The position numbers were made by a program, and so were the translations under genes. Shown piece after piece: positions 53,710 through 64,000 of a stretch of 64,000 nt of DNA. The notes under the pieces were generated by a model. That model did no database searches and was not told where the DNA came from. It worked only from the letters and a program-made list of their open reading frames with translations. How positions within the stretch are numbered: position 1 is the first letter of the stretch; every line of letters begins with the position of its first letter. Location of the stretch: positions 160,001 to 224,000 of the forward strand of contig JAHHIM010000055.1 of the NCBI GenBank assembly GCA_019358915.1. The letters run 5' to 3'. Source of the stretch: Trichormus sp. ATA11-4-KO1 (GTDB taxonomy: Bacteria > Cyanobacteriota > Cyanobacteriia > Cyanobacteriales > Nostocaceae).

Positions 53710-54780
53710 ATGTTCTCTAGTCAAAAACTCCCCCGTTGGCTCAACTTCGGAATTGCGTTTCCCGTAATTTTTCTGAATATTTGGTTAATTTTTCTGCTGT
53801 GGCAATACTTGCAGCCTATTCCCAGCATCGTATTAACAGCCAGCCTTGCTGCTTTCTTGCTAGACTACCCGATTATTTTTCTCGAACAGCGCGGGATGAC
53901 ACGGACTTGGGCGATCGCACTTGTCTTGCTGTTCGCACTGGCGCTGTTAACTGTAATTGGTTTGTTTTTGGGGCCTGTGGTATTTCAACAGCTGATTGAG
54001 TTTGGCGATCGCTTACCTGTTTGGATTGAAAAAGGCAGAAAACAACTGCAAACTCTAGATGACCAAACCATACTACAAAATTTACCCATTGATTTAAGTG
54101 GACTCACCATTCAGCTAACAAACCAAATTTCGGCTACCTTACAGTCCTTAACCAGTCGAATTATTAACCTCACACTCGATACTATTAATATTGCAGTAAA
54201 TTTTTTAGTGACGGTAGTACTGACGATTCTTCTGGTTCTCAACGGCAAAAAGCTCTGGGACGGAATATTTAACTGGTTTCCTGCAAAATGGAGTACCCGA
54301 ATTCAAACTTCACTCCAACAAAGTTTTCAAGGCTATTTTGCCGGACAAGCAATCATTGCATTGATTTTGAGTATTGTTTTATCACTGACATTTGAGGTTT
54401 TGCAAGTACCTTTTGGCTTGCTATTTGGTCTAGGCATTGGCATCGCCAGTATTATTCCCTTTGGAGGTACACTTAGTACAACCCTGGTGAGTTTGTTACT
54501 GGCCTCTCAAAACATCTGGTTAGGAATTAAGGTCTTTGTAACAGCTTTAATTCTTATTCAAATTAACGACAATGTTGTTGCTCCTCGCTTGATTGGTGGC
54601 ATTACTGGACTTAATCCGGCGATCGTAGTGATCTCGATCCTCATTGGCGTCAAAATTGGCGGATTTTTGGGTTTACTATTAGCTGTTCCTACAGCGAGTT
54701 TCATTAAAAAAATAGCTGATACTTTATATAATTTTGTTGTGACTGATGAAAAAGTTTCTCAAGCTAATCAATTACAATGA
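53710..54780 (+). CDS. AI-2E family transporter
   Basis: Multi-TM; AFLLDYP, IPFGG, PRLIG...GLNP, G.LGLLLAVP. Confidence 0.9.
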   Translation: MFSSQKLPRWLNFGIAFPVIFLNIWLIFLLWQYLQPIPSIVLTASLAAFLLDYPIIFLEQRGMTRTWAIALVLLFALALLTVIGLFLGPVVFQQLIEFGDRLPVWIEKGRKQLQTLDDQTILQNLPIDLSGLTIQLTNQISATLQSLTSRIINLTLDTINIAVNFLVTVVLTILLVLNGKKLWDGIFNWFPAKWSTRIQTSLQQSFQGYFAGQAIIALILSIVLSLTFEVLQVPFGLLFGLGIGIASIIPFGGTLSTTLVSLLLASQNIWLGIKVFVTALILIQINDNVVAPRLIGGITGLNPAIVVISILIGVKIGGFLGLLLAVPTASFIKKIADTLYNFVVTDEKVSQANQLQ

Positions 54781-54837
54781 CTTTCAGATTCACCATTCAT
54801 CTAAGACAAGCTTTTAAAATATAATCTTGTTGCCAAA

Positions 54838-55377
54838 TTAGTTACTTTTTTTATAACTTCTTCGCCATCTTTCCAGATATTCTATAGAAATAGATTTAGT
54901 TACGACATTAACACCATTTCCTCGCCAGGCAACTTCCGGATCTGTTGTAAACACACCACACTCTAATTGTTCAAGTCTAATATCCCAATATTGACTAAAT
55001 CTATTTTTTAAAGTAATCACCTGCTCAAATACCTTGTTCCTATGCTTATTTCTTCTTTTTCTCTCTGTTGCTCCTTTTGCCTCTGTATCAATAAATTTAG
55101 TTTCGATTAAAAACAAATTACCTTGAAATGTGAGATAGACAAAATCACACTTACCTAAATCTGTATAATCTGAAATTGGCGACTTTTCAAATAAAAGTAA
55201 TTCACAGCATGAAGGAAATAAATCTTTAATATGTAAAAATAAATAAGCTTGTAATAAAAGTTCTTTGTCGTAAGGAAATACGATCACCCCTTCAAAAAAT
55301 TGTTGAATATCTTCCTGGCTTTGGGGTTGAATTTTCTTACAATAAGAAACAAATTTATATAAATCATTGGCAATCAT
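54838..55377 (-). CDS. Hypothetical protein, possible PD-(D/E)xK fold
   Basis: E...CDFVY......LIETK pattern; AT-rich. Confidence 0.6.
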   Translation of the reverse strand: MIANDLYKFVSYCKKIQPQSQEDIQQFFEGVIVFPYDKELLLQAYLFLHIKDLFPSCCELLLFEKSPISDYTDLGKCDFVYLTFQGNLFLIETKFIDTEAKGATERKRRNKHRNKVFEQVITLKNRFSQYWDIRLEQLECGVFTTDPEVAWRGNGVNVVTKSISIEYLERWRRSYKKSN

Positions 55378-55547
55378 TAAGTTTTAGCTCCTACTCCCGG
55401 CGATCACTTCAGTCCTCATAGCATAAAAAGATACTATGTGAATCTGTAAATCTCCAACCGCATAAGTAACTAAAACAACGATTGAACTCCAGAATTAATC
55501 AGGTAATATACTGATAGCATAATCGTAAAGAGAGACAGGTTTTGCGA

Positions 55548-56900
55548 TTAACCACCAATTAGCGGTTTGAGATGAGCAGTAAACCTGGCATTTTGCAAAG
55601 CTTGAACTGTGATGCGAGAGTCTTGCACACAAAATTGCCAACCTAAGCGAACTAACTTGCGGGAATTTTCAGCTTGGACAATTCCGATCACTGGCATTTT
55701 TGCCTTTTCTTTATCACCTGACTGTTCTTGCAAAATTGTTTTTAAGCGATGTAGTTCTTCGATGTCGGCTGCTTGTTGAGGATTTAGTTCTACCATTACC
55801 ATTTGCACTGTTTCTACTGGTTCGGCATCTTCAACAATCAATTGAGTTTGTTCATCTCTTCGGTCTACTTTACCCCAAATAATCAATCTCACATCGACTT
55901 GGAGTAGAAAACTAATGCGTTCGTAAGTTTTAGGAAAAACAATAGCTTCCGATTGTGCAGTTAAATCTTCTATTTGTAAAATAGCCATCGGATCACCTTT
56001 TTTAGTCATCACTTTTTTGACATTATTTAGCATGATCACCACACAAACTTTTGTATCTTCTCTTTGTTCGTTGAGTTGTGAAAGGTTAATTGGAGTCAGT
56101 AGTGATGCTATTGGTCTTAAAGATTTTAATGGATGATCTGATACATAAAAACCCAGCAATTCTTTTTCCATGCGTAATTTTTCCTGTGGGGGAAAATCCA
56201 TCACAGGTTCAGCTTTGGGAACAGCTGCAAAGGCATTACTCGCTGTTTTATTATTAGTATTTGCAAAACTACCACCTAACAAATCAAACAGATTTCCTTG
56301 GCCGCTAGCCCTATCTTTGGCACGGGACTGCGCCCAATCGTAAACTAGTTCTAAATCACGGATTAATTGTTGGCGGTTGGATTCAATTTTGTCAAAGGCA
56401 CCACAGTAAATCAGTGATTCCAAAGTCCGGCGATTAACAGCGCGCAGATCCACGCGATCGCAAAAATCAGCGAGTGATTTAAACTCTCCGCCCTCACTTC
56501 TAGCTTCCAGAATACAGGCGATCGCATTTTGCCCCACGTTCCGCACAGCTGAAAATCCAAATAAAATCTTTCCAGCCGCAGGTGTAAAATCCAGCCCAGA
56601 GCGATTAATATCAGGCGGATCTATGGGAATACCCATGCTCGTGCAGTTATTAATATATTTCTGCACTTTATCTGTATCGCCACTGTTAGCAGTCAGCAGC
56701 GCCGCCATATACTCTAATGGATAATTAGCTTTCAAATATGCAGTTTGATAAGTAACATATCCATAAGCAGTTGAATGAGATTTATTGAAACAATTGGAGG
56801 CTATCAAACCATTTTTAATGGCAAAATTATGGTCACGTTCTACCCCAATGTCATAAACGTTTTCTCTACCTACAAATTTACGAGCAACTATTTTGACCAT
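55548..56900 (-). CDS. dnaE: DNA polymerase III alpha C-terminal half with the C-part of the split intein (ATG at 56900)
   Basis: MVKIVARKFVGRENVYDIGVERDHNFAIKNGLIASN then CFNKSHS extein; EKELLGFYVS.HPL; OB fold. Confidence 0.97.
   Translation of the reverse strand: MVKIVARKFVGRENVYDIGVERDHNFAIKNGLIASNCFNKSHSTAYGYVTYQTAYLKANYPLEYMAALLTANSGDTDKVQKYINNCTSMGIPIDPPDINRSGLDFTPAAGKILFGFSAVRNVGQNAIACILEARSEGGEFKSLADFCDRVDLRAVNRRTLESLIYCGAFDKIESNRQQLIRDLELVYDWAQSRAKDRASGQGNLFDLLGGSFANTNNKTASNAFAAVPKAEPVMDFPPQEKLRMEKELLGFYVSDHPLKSLRPIASLLTPINLSQLNEQREDTKVCVVIMLNNVKKVMTKKGDPMAILQIEDLTAQSEAIVFPKTYERISFLLQVDVRLIIWGKVDRRDEQTQLIVEDAEPVETVQMVMVELNPQQAADIEELHRLKTILQEQSGDKEKAKMPVIGIVQAENSRKLVRLGWQFCVQDSRITVQALQNARFTAHLKPLIGG
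56793..56900 (-). other. DnaE IntC split-intein fragment (36 aa)
   Basis: VYDIGV..DHNF....G..ASN|CFN junction. Confidence 0.95.
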
Positions 56901-57436
56901 CTTACCTAACCTCTCTTGTTTTGTCTTGAGATTGCTGACCTTAGTGGCTGATTTACTCAACCATCTTCCTATTCATCTTCATCGCTGGAGTTATTTTCCT
57001 TCTACTCCTGTTGACGATTTCTTTTGCTTTAACTCCTCTTGATTGTAAAAAACCTACACCTGTCAGCACTCCCCCATAAAGCTTTTGTGATAAAATCTTG
57101 AAGTTTTTCTCGGATTTTTGAAGATAGGCAGTTTCAGCCCTGGCATCAAGTTAATTTTTATGACAAAAATTTGATCAAATTGTGTTGTTTAATTGAACTT
57201 TCCTCTTCCTCGCTCTTCGGTTCTCTTACACAAAACTGAATATAGTACACAACCAATCTAGGAAATTTGAAATATTCAGGCAATCGATTCAGCAAACTCA
57301 TAGGGATACATCCCCTATATAAACTTCTCACAAAATTGCCCTACAGTCGCCAGTAAGCCTTTTGTGTTAGAATTTTGGTGTGTTTTGACTTTTTTGTTTT
57401 TGGGCGAGTTCAAACCCACGCATCAGGAGAATTTTC

Positions 57437-59374
57437 ATGACGAGCAGTTACAGTGCCGATCAGATTCAAGTTCTGGAAGGTCTGGAAGCCGTCCGCAAAC
57501 GACCAGGGATGTACATCGGTACTACCGGGCCGCGAGGACTTCACCATTTAGTTTACGAGGTGGTAGATAACTCTATTGATGAAGCTTTGGCGGGTCACTG
57601 TACCCATATAGAAGTGGATATCAATGCTGATGGTTCCGTGACTGTAACAGATGATGGTCGGGGTATTCCTACCGATACCCACTCGCGAACGGGGAAATCG
57701 GCTTTAGAAACTGTGTTAACCGTACTGCACGCCGGAGGTAAGTTTGGCGGTGGTGGCTACAAGGTTTCTGGAGGATTGCACGGGGTTGGTATTTCTGTGG
57801 TTAACGCCCTGTCGGAAATGGTGGAAGTGACAGTTTGGCGAGATAAGAAGGTTCATGTCCAGCGTTATGAACGAGGTTTACCAGTTACCGAACTGCAAGT
57901 CAAGCCTGAAAAAGAGGGGAGAACCGGAACTTCTGTCAGGTTTAAGCCAGATACTCAAATCTTTACTAATAGCATTGAGTTTGATTACATCACTTTATCG
58001 GGTCGCCTGCGGGAGTTGGCGTATCTAAATGCAGGTGTCAAAATTACCTTTAGCGACCATCGGCTAGAACTTCTTAAAAGCGATGTACCCAGGATAGAAA
58101 CCTACGAGTATAAGGGTGGCATCAAAGAATATATTGCTTACATGAACCGCGAGAAGCAACCACTGCACGAAGAAATTATTTATGTGCAAGGGGAACGCAA
58201 TAATGTACAAGTAGAAGTTTCTTTGCAGTGGTGTACTGACGCTTACACAGATAATGTGCTGGGTTTTGCCAATAATATTCGTACCGTTGATGGTGGTACA
58301 CACTTAGAAGGTTTGAAGGCGGTTCTGACTCGCACATTAAATGCGATCGCCCGTAAGCGCAATAAAATCAAAGAAAATGAATCTAACCTCAGTGGCGAAC
58401 ACGTCCGCGAAGGTTTAACAGCAGTAATTTCCGTTAAAGTCCCCGACCCAGAATTTGAAGGACAAACCAAAACCAAACTCGGTAACACCGAAGTCCGGGG
58501 TATTGTTGATTCCTTAGTAGGAGAAGTGCTGACTGAGTACTTAGAATTTCATCCTGGTATCGCCGACTCGATTTTAGATAAAGCCATCCAAGCTTTTAAA
58601 GCCGCAGAAGCCGCCCGTCATGCGCGGGAGTTAGTGCGACGCAAATCTGTTTTAGAATCTTCGCCATTACCAGGTAAATTAGCAGATTGCAGTTCTCGTG
58701 ACCCCAGCGAATCAGAAATCTTCATCGTGGAAGGGGACTCAGCAGGTGGTAGCGCCAAACAAGGACGCGATCGCCGCACCCAAGCTATCCTGCCTCTACG
58801 TGGTAAGATCCTCAACATCGAAAAAACAGACGATGCCAAAATCTACAAAAATAACGAAGTCCAATCGTTAATTACAGCCCTGGGTTTGGGCGTAAAAGGT
58901 GACGAATTCGATTCCTCCCAACTGCGCTATCACCGCATAGTCATCATGACTGACGCTGACGTAGATGGCGCGCATATCCGGACACTGTTGTTAACTTTTT
59001 TCTATCGGTATCAGCGAGCGCTCATTGAACAAGGTTTCATCTATATTGCTTGTCCCCCACTATTCAAAGTAGAACGAGGACGCAATCATGAGTACTGCTA
59101 TAGCGAACGTGAACTACAACAGTACCTAGGAACGCTTCCTAGTAACGCCAACTACACTATCCAACGCTTCAAAGGTTTGGGTGAAATGATGCCACAACAA
59201 CTCTGGGACACCACAATGAACCCAGAAACCCGCAAAATGAAACAAGTGGAAATTGAAGACGCCGCAGAAGCCGATCGCATTTTCACAATTTTAATGGGCG
59301 ATCGTGTGGCACCTAGACGCGAATTTATTGAAACCTATGGGTCTAAACTCAATTTCACGGATTTAGATATCTAA
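57437..59374 (+). CDS. gyrB: DNA gyrase subunit B
   Basis: [38 protein letters not shown]. Confidence 0.98.
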   Translation: MTSSYSADQIQVLEGLEAVRKRPGMYIGTTGPRGLHHLVYEVVDNSIDEALAGHCTHIEVDINADGSVTVTDDGRGIPTDTHSRTGKSALETVLTVLHAGGKFGGGGYKVSGGLHGVGISVVNALSEMVEVTVWRDKKVHVQRYERGLPVTELQVKPEKEGRTGTSVRFKPDTQIFTNSIEFDYITLSGRLRELAYLNAGVKITFSDHRLELLKSDVPRIETYEYKGGIKEYIAYMNREKQPLHEEIIYVQGERNNVQVEVSLQWCTDAYTDNVLGFANNIRTVDGGTHLEGLKAVLTRTLNAIARKRNKIKENESNLSGEHVREGLTAVISVKVPDPEFEGQTKTKLGNTEVRGIVDSLVGEVLTEYLEFHPGIADSILDKAIQAFKAAEAARHARELVRRKSVLESSPLPGKLADCSSRDPSESEIFIVEGDSAGGSAKQGRDRRTQAILPLRGKILNIEKTDDAKIYKNNEVQSLITALGLGVKGDEFDSSQLRYHRIVIMTDADVDGAHIRTLLLTFFYRYQRALIEQGFIYIACPPLFKVERGRNHEYCYSERELQQYLGTLPSNANYTIQRFKGLGEMMPQQLWDTTMNPETRKMKQVEIEDAAEADRIFTILMGDRVAPRREFIETYGSKLNFTDLDI

Positions 59375-59380
59375 TATCAA

Positions 59381-59575
59381 CAAGAAAGGCAGAGGGCAGG
59401 AGGCAGGAGGCAGAAGGAATACTACCTCGTGCTATCTGCCGCGACCGGAGGGAGCAAGGGTTTGAGTCCCCCACTGAAATCTGTGATTCAGTGGCACTTA
59501 TTTGGTGGGGGTTTGAATCCCCCATCAAATTCTTCCCGAATGCCCTCTGCCCTCTGCCGAATGCCTTCGTTTCAA
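59381..59575. mobile_element. Composite repeat element, family B copy 2
   Basis: CAAGAAAGGCAGAGGGCAG... / ...CCCTCTGCC...TTCAA ends; core shared with 33191-33480. Confidence 0.6.
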
Positions 59576-59624
59576 TTGCATATCATCATCTTAAATGTGC
59601 AGTGAGCTGGCTAATTAATTTGTC

Positions 59625-59654
59625 ATGGATAGTTGGTTTTCATCGACTATCCAT
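59625..59654. terminator. Hairpin between convergent gyrB and helicase
   Basis: ATGGATAGTTGG / TCGACTATCCAT arms. Confidence 0.5.
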
Positions 59655-59851
59655 TAATTTTTGATAATCTCACAGTGCTATCGCCTTAATCATATAAGTT
59701 AGGATAGTATTGCTCCATGCTGGGCCTAGATCATCGCGTCTTTGAAAAAACTAGCTGTAGAAGACGCACATCAGCAATTACAAGCACTAGCCTATGACAA
59801 AAAACTTACCTCAGACTTGCAACAAGGAATCGCGATCGCTTCAAGTGTCAA

Positions 59852-62521
59852 TTAATCAACTACTTCATTCACAGGGAATCTATCAATTAATTGCATAGCT
59901 CGATAAGCATTACGCTGCAAGGATTGCGGCAAATGGGGAACGTGGGGAATCTGAGATAATAAGTCCAATGTCCGGCGTAAAATTCTGACTACATCACCTT
60001 CATCCAAGCTGGTATTGTTGCACAGTTCTATCCACGGTGTTCCTAATGCCCACAGTTCCACTAGGGCAATTAACTCAAATTCCAACCAGATGGGCAAAGT
60101 TACACCATACCGCCGTTGCAGTTGAAATATTTGGCGACGAATTCCCCGCAATTTTGCCAAAGCATCGACAACTTCGTGACTGAGTTCATAGTGTACCCTA
60201 CTATCTGGGCGTGGGGTTTCGACCACCAAAGCGGCGGCGGCGGCGGCTAAATGGTGCGGATCTAAATTGTCCAATTCTCCACTGGCCAGTGCTAAACCTA
60301 GCCATAATTCATTTTCTCCGCGAATAGCTGCGGCGATTTGCCCTAGTTGTGTGGGGACTAAGTTATGCAAACAGCCAAATTGTTGCAATATGGTAATTAA
60401 ATTCAGAAATTCTTCCCAATGACGTTGTGAGTGTTGTTCTACTTGCGATTGCAACTCTTCCAGTTCGGCTTCTAATTCCACATAACGCGCCCGGCGTTTG
60501 AAAATCTTGCTAGCGTTACCTGATTGATGGATGGGATTAGCTTCTAATTGTTCTTGGACGGCGGTAACGCGACTGAGTTGTTCTGCCACTTCTGGCGGCA
60601 TGTATAATGAGCTTTGTGGCTCAGGAATGCGTTGGGCGATCGCAAATGTTTCTTCATTACCACGGAGTGATTGACCTGGTTTCAAAAGCAATTCTGGCGG
60701 TGGTATAATCTCCGGTGGCACGTCCACTCGTGGTAGTTCAGCATACAAATCGACGACATCACTAGTTGTCACCACATACCAACGGTTATCCTGCCCTAAA
60801 CATACCAAATAAGGCGCTTCAGCACCGGGTGTTTTACCTACTAATACTGCTGTTATCGGTGCAGAAACGGCGATGTTTTTACCCTTGAGACTTAACAGAG
60901 TTCCCGACACGGCAAAGCTCAACATCATCACAAATTCTTCTTGTCGGTTTGCCTGCGCTTGTTCTTGTAGAGTTTTTAATAACTGGCGTTCTACTTTCAA
61001 ACGTTGCCGTAATTTTTCATAAACTGCTAGTTCATGTTCGTTAACTGCGGCAATTTGTGCTTGAAGTTGAGCTAATTGTGTTTGCAGTTCGGCAATCTCA
61101 TCATACTCTGGTTTTAAATACAAAGTCGCCATATACTGCCCGAAACTGCGTTCTATGAGTTCTCTGGCTTGTTCTAGAGTATGGATTTGCAATAAATTCA
61201 GTACCATCCCATAGCTGGGTGTAAATTGGCTGACCAAAGGGTCTGGTTGAGATGTAGCCAAATACGCCGCTTCTTTCGCTCCTTCAAAGGGGGTTTGTAC
61301 TGTTACTACATGACCTTGTAAATCCATCCCCCGGCGGCCGGCTCGTCCCGCCATCTGGAGAAATTCGGAAGCGTTTAATAAGCGATGTCCAGAGTCAGTC
61401 CGTTTGGAAAGAGTAGAAATTACTGTTGTTCTGGCAGGCATATTAATTCCGGCTGCCAGTGTCTCGGTGGCAAAGACTACTTTAATCAATCCTTGCTGAA
61501 AAAGTTCTTCTACTAGTACTTTCCACGCAGGTAAAATTCCGGCATGGTGAGCAGCTATACCTCTATAGAGCGGCGCGATTTGTCCAGAACGCCCGGCTTC
61601 AGGATTGCGGGCTAAAAAGTCATCAATTTGTCGCCGTAAGATTTGCGACTCGTCATTATTTACCAACCATAAATCCCCTACTTCTGCTACCGCTTTATCA
61701 CATCCTCGGCGACTGAAGATAAAGTAAATCGCTGGTAGCATATCTCTTTGCTGTAGGTGGCTGAGAGTGTAAGCTATGCTAGGGGCTTCGGGTCTACCAC
61801 CTTTACCCCTGTCTCCTTGCCGCCTTTTGCCTCGGTTTGCCAAGCGGGGGTTAATTTTGGTTCTGCTATCGTTTAGTAGGGGAAATAGCCCTTTGGGATT
61901 GCAATAGTGAAACTCCAAGGGGACTGGGCGGAAATCGGAGTAAATTAAATCAGTGGGGCCGTGAACCCGATTTAGCCAGTCAGTGAGTTGATCGCTGTTA
62001 GCAACGGTTGCTGAAAGGGCTACCAACTGAATCTCCCGAGGACAATAGATAATTGATTCTTCCCAAACTGTTCCTCTTTGGCGATCGTTCATATAGTGGC
62101 ACTCATCCAGTACCACCGCTTCAACATCCACTAATGAGATACCGACTTGCCCGATGGGTGTACCATAGAGCATGTTTCGGAAAATTTCTGTAGTCATCAC
62201 CAGAATTGGTGCATCCCTGTTAATGGAGGCATCTCCCGTTAACAGTCCCACGAGGTCATACCCGAATTTTTCGCGGAAATCACGTAATTTTTGATTTGAC
62301 AGCGCCTTTAGGGGTGTGGTGTAAAATACCCGTTTCCCTCGCGATAAAGCGCGATAAATGGCGTATTCTCCTACTAATGTTTTGCCCGAACCTGTGGGCG
62401 CACATACGACTACTGAGCGTCCAGCGTTCAGGGACGCGATCGCATCTTTTTGGAACTGATCTAGTTCAAAGGGAAATATTAACCCTAAGTCTAGTTCTGG
62501 AGACGGTGCGGGATAATTCAC
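59852..62521 (-). CDS. Ski2/HelY-like DExH RNA helicase
   Basis: APTGSGKT, DECH, LSAT, QMAGRAGRRG, C-terminal DEGD.VR (DSHCT). Confidence 0.93.
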   Translation of the reverse strand: MNYPAPSPELDLGLIFPFELDQFQKDAIASLNAGRSVVVCAPTGSGKTLVGEYAIYRALSRGKRVFYTTPLKALSNQKLRDFREKFGYDLVGLLTGDASINRDAPILVMTTEIFRNMLYGTPIGQVGISLVDVEAVVLDECHYMNDRQRGTVWEESIIYCPREIQLVALSATVANSDQLTDWLNRVHGPTDLIYSDFRPVPLEFHYCNPKGLFPLLNDSRTKINPRLANRGKRRQGDRGKGGRPEAPSIAYTLSHLQQRDMLPAIYFIFSRRGCDKAVAEVGDLWLVNNDESQILRRQIDDFLARNPEAGRSGQIAPLYRGIAAHHAGILPAWKVLVEELFQQGLIKVVFATETLAAGINMPARTTVISTLSKRTDSGHRLLNASEFLQMAGRAGRRGMDLQGHVVTVQTPFEGAKEAAYLATSQPDPLVSQFTPSYGMVLNLLQIHTLEQARELIERSFGQYMATLYLKPEYDEIAELQTQLAQLQAQIAAVNEHELAVYEKLRQRLKVERQLLKTLQEQAQANRQEEFVMMLSFAVSGTLLSLKGKNIAVSAPITAVLVGKTPGAEAPYLVCLGQDNRWYVVTTSDVVDLYAELPRVDVPPEIIPPPELLLKPGQSLRGNEETFAIAQRIPEPQSSLYMPPEVAEQLSRVTAVQEQLEANPIHQSGNASKIFKRRARYVELEAELEELQSQVEQHSQRHWEEFLNLITILQQFGCLHNLVPTQLGQIAAAIRGENELWLGLALASGELDNLDPHHLAAAAAALVVETPRPDSRVHYELSHEVVDALAKLRGIRRQIFQLQRRYGVTLPIWLEFELIALVELWALGTPWIELCNNTSLDEGDVVRILRRTLDLLSQIPHVPHLPQSLQRNAYRAMQLIDRFPVNEVVD

Positions 62522-62688
62522 TCAATCAAATTTGCAACCGGACTGTTTACTATATTAACGGCTATTTTGTCAACTTCGTTAGGGATTAGGAAGTGGGGGA
62601 TGGGGAATGGGGGGATGGGGACAAGGGGGCAAGAACAAAAATACTTCCTCATCTCCCCACTCAGCACTCAGCACTCAGCACTCAGCAC

Positions 62689-63501
62689 TCACTTCCCCAA
62701 CTCCTGCGATCGCCATGTGGCAACTTTCACTGCTTCAATTAAGGCTGAGCGAAATCCTGCCTTTTCTAGTTGGGCGATCCCAGCAATTGTCGTACCACCG
62801 GGACTGGTAACGCGGTCTTTGAGTTCGGCTGGGTGCATTTTGTGATCATGCAACAGTTTCGCTGTTCCTAAGACAGTTTGCAGGGCTAGTTGATTGGCTA
62901 TGCTTCTGGGTAAACCTGCGGCTACTCCCCCATCAGCTAATGCTTCCACCATTAAGGCTACGTAAGCAGGGCCACTACCAGATAATCCTGTGACTGCATC
63001 CATGAGCATTTCGGAAACTTCTACAACCTCCCCTACTGCCGAAAACACTTGTTGTGCTATTTGGTGGTGTTTGGCGTTAGTGTATGCACCTAAACACATA
63101 GCAGTAATTCCTGCCCCTACGGTGGCTGGAGTATTGGGCATGGCTCTAATTACTGGTAACTGGGGAAACGCCGCTTCTAATTGACTTAAAGATACTCCTG
63201 CCAAAATGGAAATTACTACAGGCGTGAGTTCTATGGTGAGAACATCTGCTAATTCTTGAGCGATCGCACTGAATACCTGTGGTTTTACTGCTAAAAATAC
63301 TACTTCGCTTGCTTGCTTAAAAACTAAACTATTTTCTGTAGTTACAGTCACATCGTACTGCTGCCGCAAAAAACTTTGGCGTGTAGGTAGGGGTTCACTG
63401 ACTATAACTTCTGATGGTTGATAAATTCCCCGGACAATAAGGCGGGATAATAGTGCTTCGCCCATTACCCCACCACCAATTAAGCCAAATTTAATAGTCA
63501 T
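62689..63501 (-). CDS. proC: Pyrroline-5-carboxylate reductase (ATG 63501; track start 63516)
   Basis: GGGVMG, LAVKPQ, RAMPNT, SGSGPAY, VTSPGGTT. Confidence 0.96.
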   Translation of the reverse strand: MTIKFGLIGGGVMGEALLSRLIVRGIYQPSEVIVSEPLPTRQSFLRQQYDVTVTTENSLVFKQASEVVFLAVKPQVFSAIAQELADVLTIELTPVVISILAGVSLSQLEAAFPQLPVIRAMPNTPATVGAGITAMCLGAYTNAKHHQIAQQVFSAVGEVVEVSEMLMDAVTGLSGSGPAYVALMVEALADGGVAAGLPRSIANQLALQTVLGTAKLLHDHKMHPAELKDRVTSPGGTTIAGIAQLEKAGFRSALIEAVKVATWRSQELGK

Positions 63502-63630
63502 TAAGTTAATAGTCAATAGTCAATCAGAGCAGGTTTAACCCTTTAATCTATGCTTAAACACTATATCTTGTTAAACCCGCCCGTACAATAATCAAAAATT
63601 TGGGACTTGGGACTTTTGACTAATTTAACG

Positions 63631-63999
63631 TTATTGTACCATCCGGTTAACGTCGTTACTCCAGGTTTGAGTGGCGCTACTTGCAGGACGTGAGGGACGA
63701 GCTGGGGGTTGTGGGACTTCATGAATAACTCCACCTTGGGTGCTAACTTGCACGCAACTGGGCGTAAACAAAAAGATGCTTTCTCCGATGCGCTCTTGAT
63801 GTCCGTCCAAGGCGTAAGTTCCACCTGCAACAAAGTCTACTGCTCGTTGTGCTTGATCCGGGTCCATAATAGTCAAGTTTAAGACCACAGACTTGCGCTC
63901 GCGTAGTGCTTGAATTGCCTGGGGCATTTCTTCAAATGTACGAGGTTCAAGTACTAACACTTCTGAAATACCGTTAATTGCTCCTGGCATATTAATCAC
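63631..63999 (-). CDS. sepF: Cell division protein SepF, 3' part (runs off the window)
   Basis: [28 protein letters not shown]; sepF-proC synteny. Confidence 0.93.
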   Translation of the reverse strand: MINMPGAINGISEVLVLEPRTFEEMPQAIQALRERKSVVLNLTIMDPDQAQRAVDFVAGGTYALDGHQERIGESIFLFTPSCVQVSTQGGVIHEVPQPPARPSRPASSATQTWSNDVNRMVQ

Positions 64000-64000
64000 A

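Overview
64 kb of chromosome from a filamentous, probably heterocyst-forming cyanobacterium (Nostocales-like). Evidence: abundant HIP1 GCGATCGC, STRR heptamer arrays, nblA, psbZ, petJ, desC-desA-desB and a split DnaE intein. Most of it is housekeeping: dps, pirin, two tandem GH100 invertases, bciB, desaturases, proA-like, tRNA-Gly/ribH/psbZ, A-adding nucleotidyltransferase, an ABC1 kinase-PP2C-nblA-kinase block, anmK, kdpABC, priA, a group 2 sigma factor, petJ, a TonB-dependent transporter, dnaE-C, gyrB, a HelY-like helicase, proC and sepF. Small accessory islets and many MITE/SDR-like repeats are interspersed. Best leads: (1) a three-ORF cassette with a PspA/Vipp1 (ESCRT-III)-like protein split by a duplicated glycine zipper, an unannotated mini-lipoprotein and a glycine-zipper/J-domain mini-protein; (2) a tandem invertase paralog that has lost the catalytic Asp; (3) a near-identical 19-bp operator upstream of both petJ and the TonB-dependent transporter, whose signal peptide is cut off from its start codon at a T9 tract; (4) an orphan E1/ThiF-like enzyme paired with an unknown protein. 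All family assignments come from reading motifs by eye; no searches were run.
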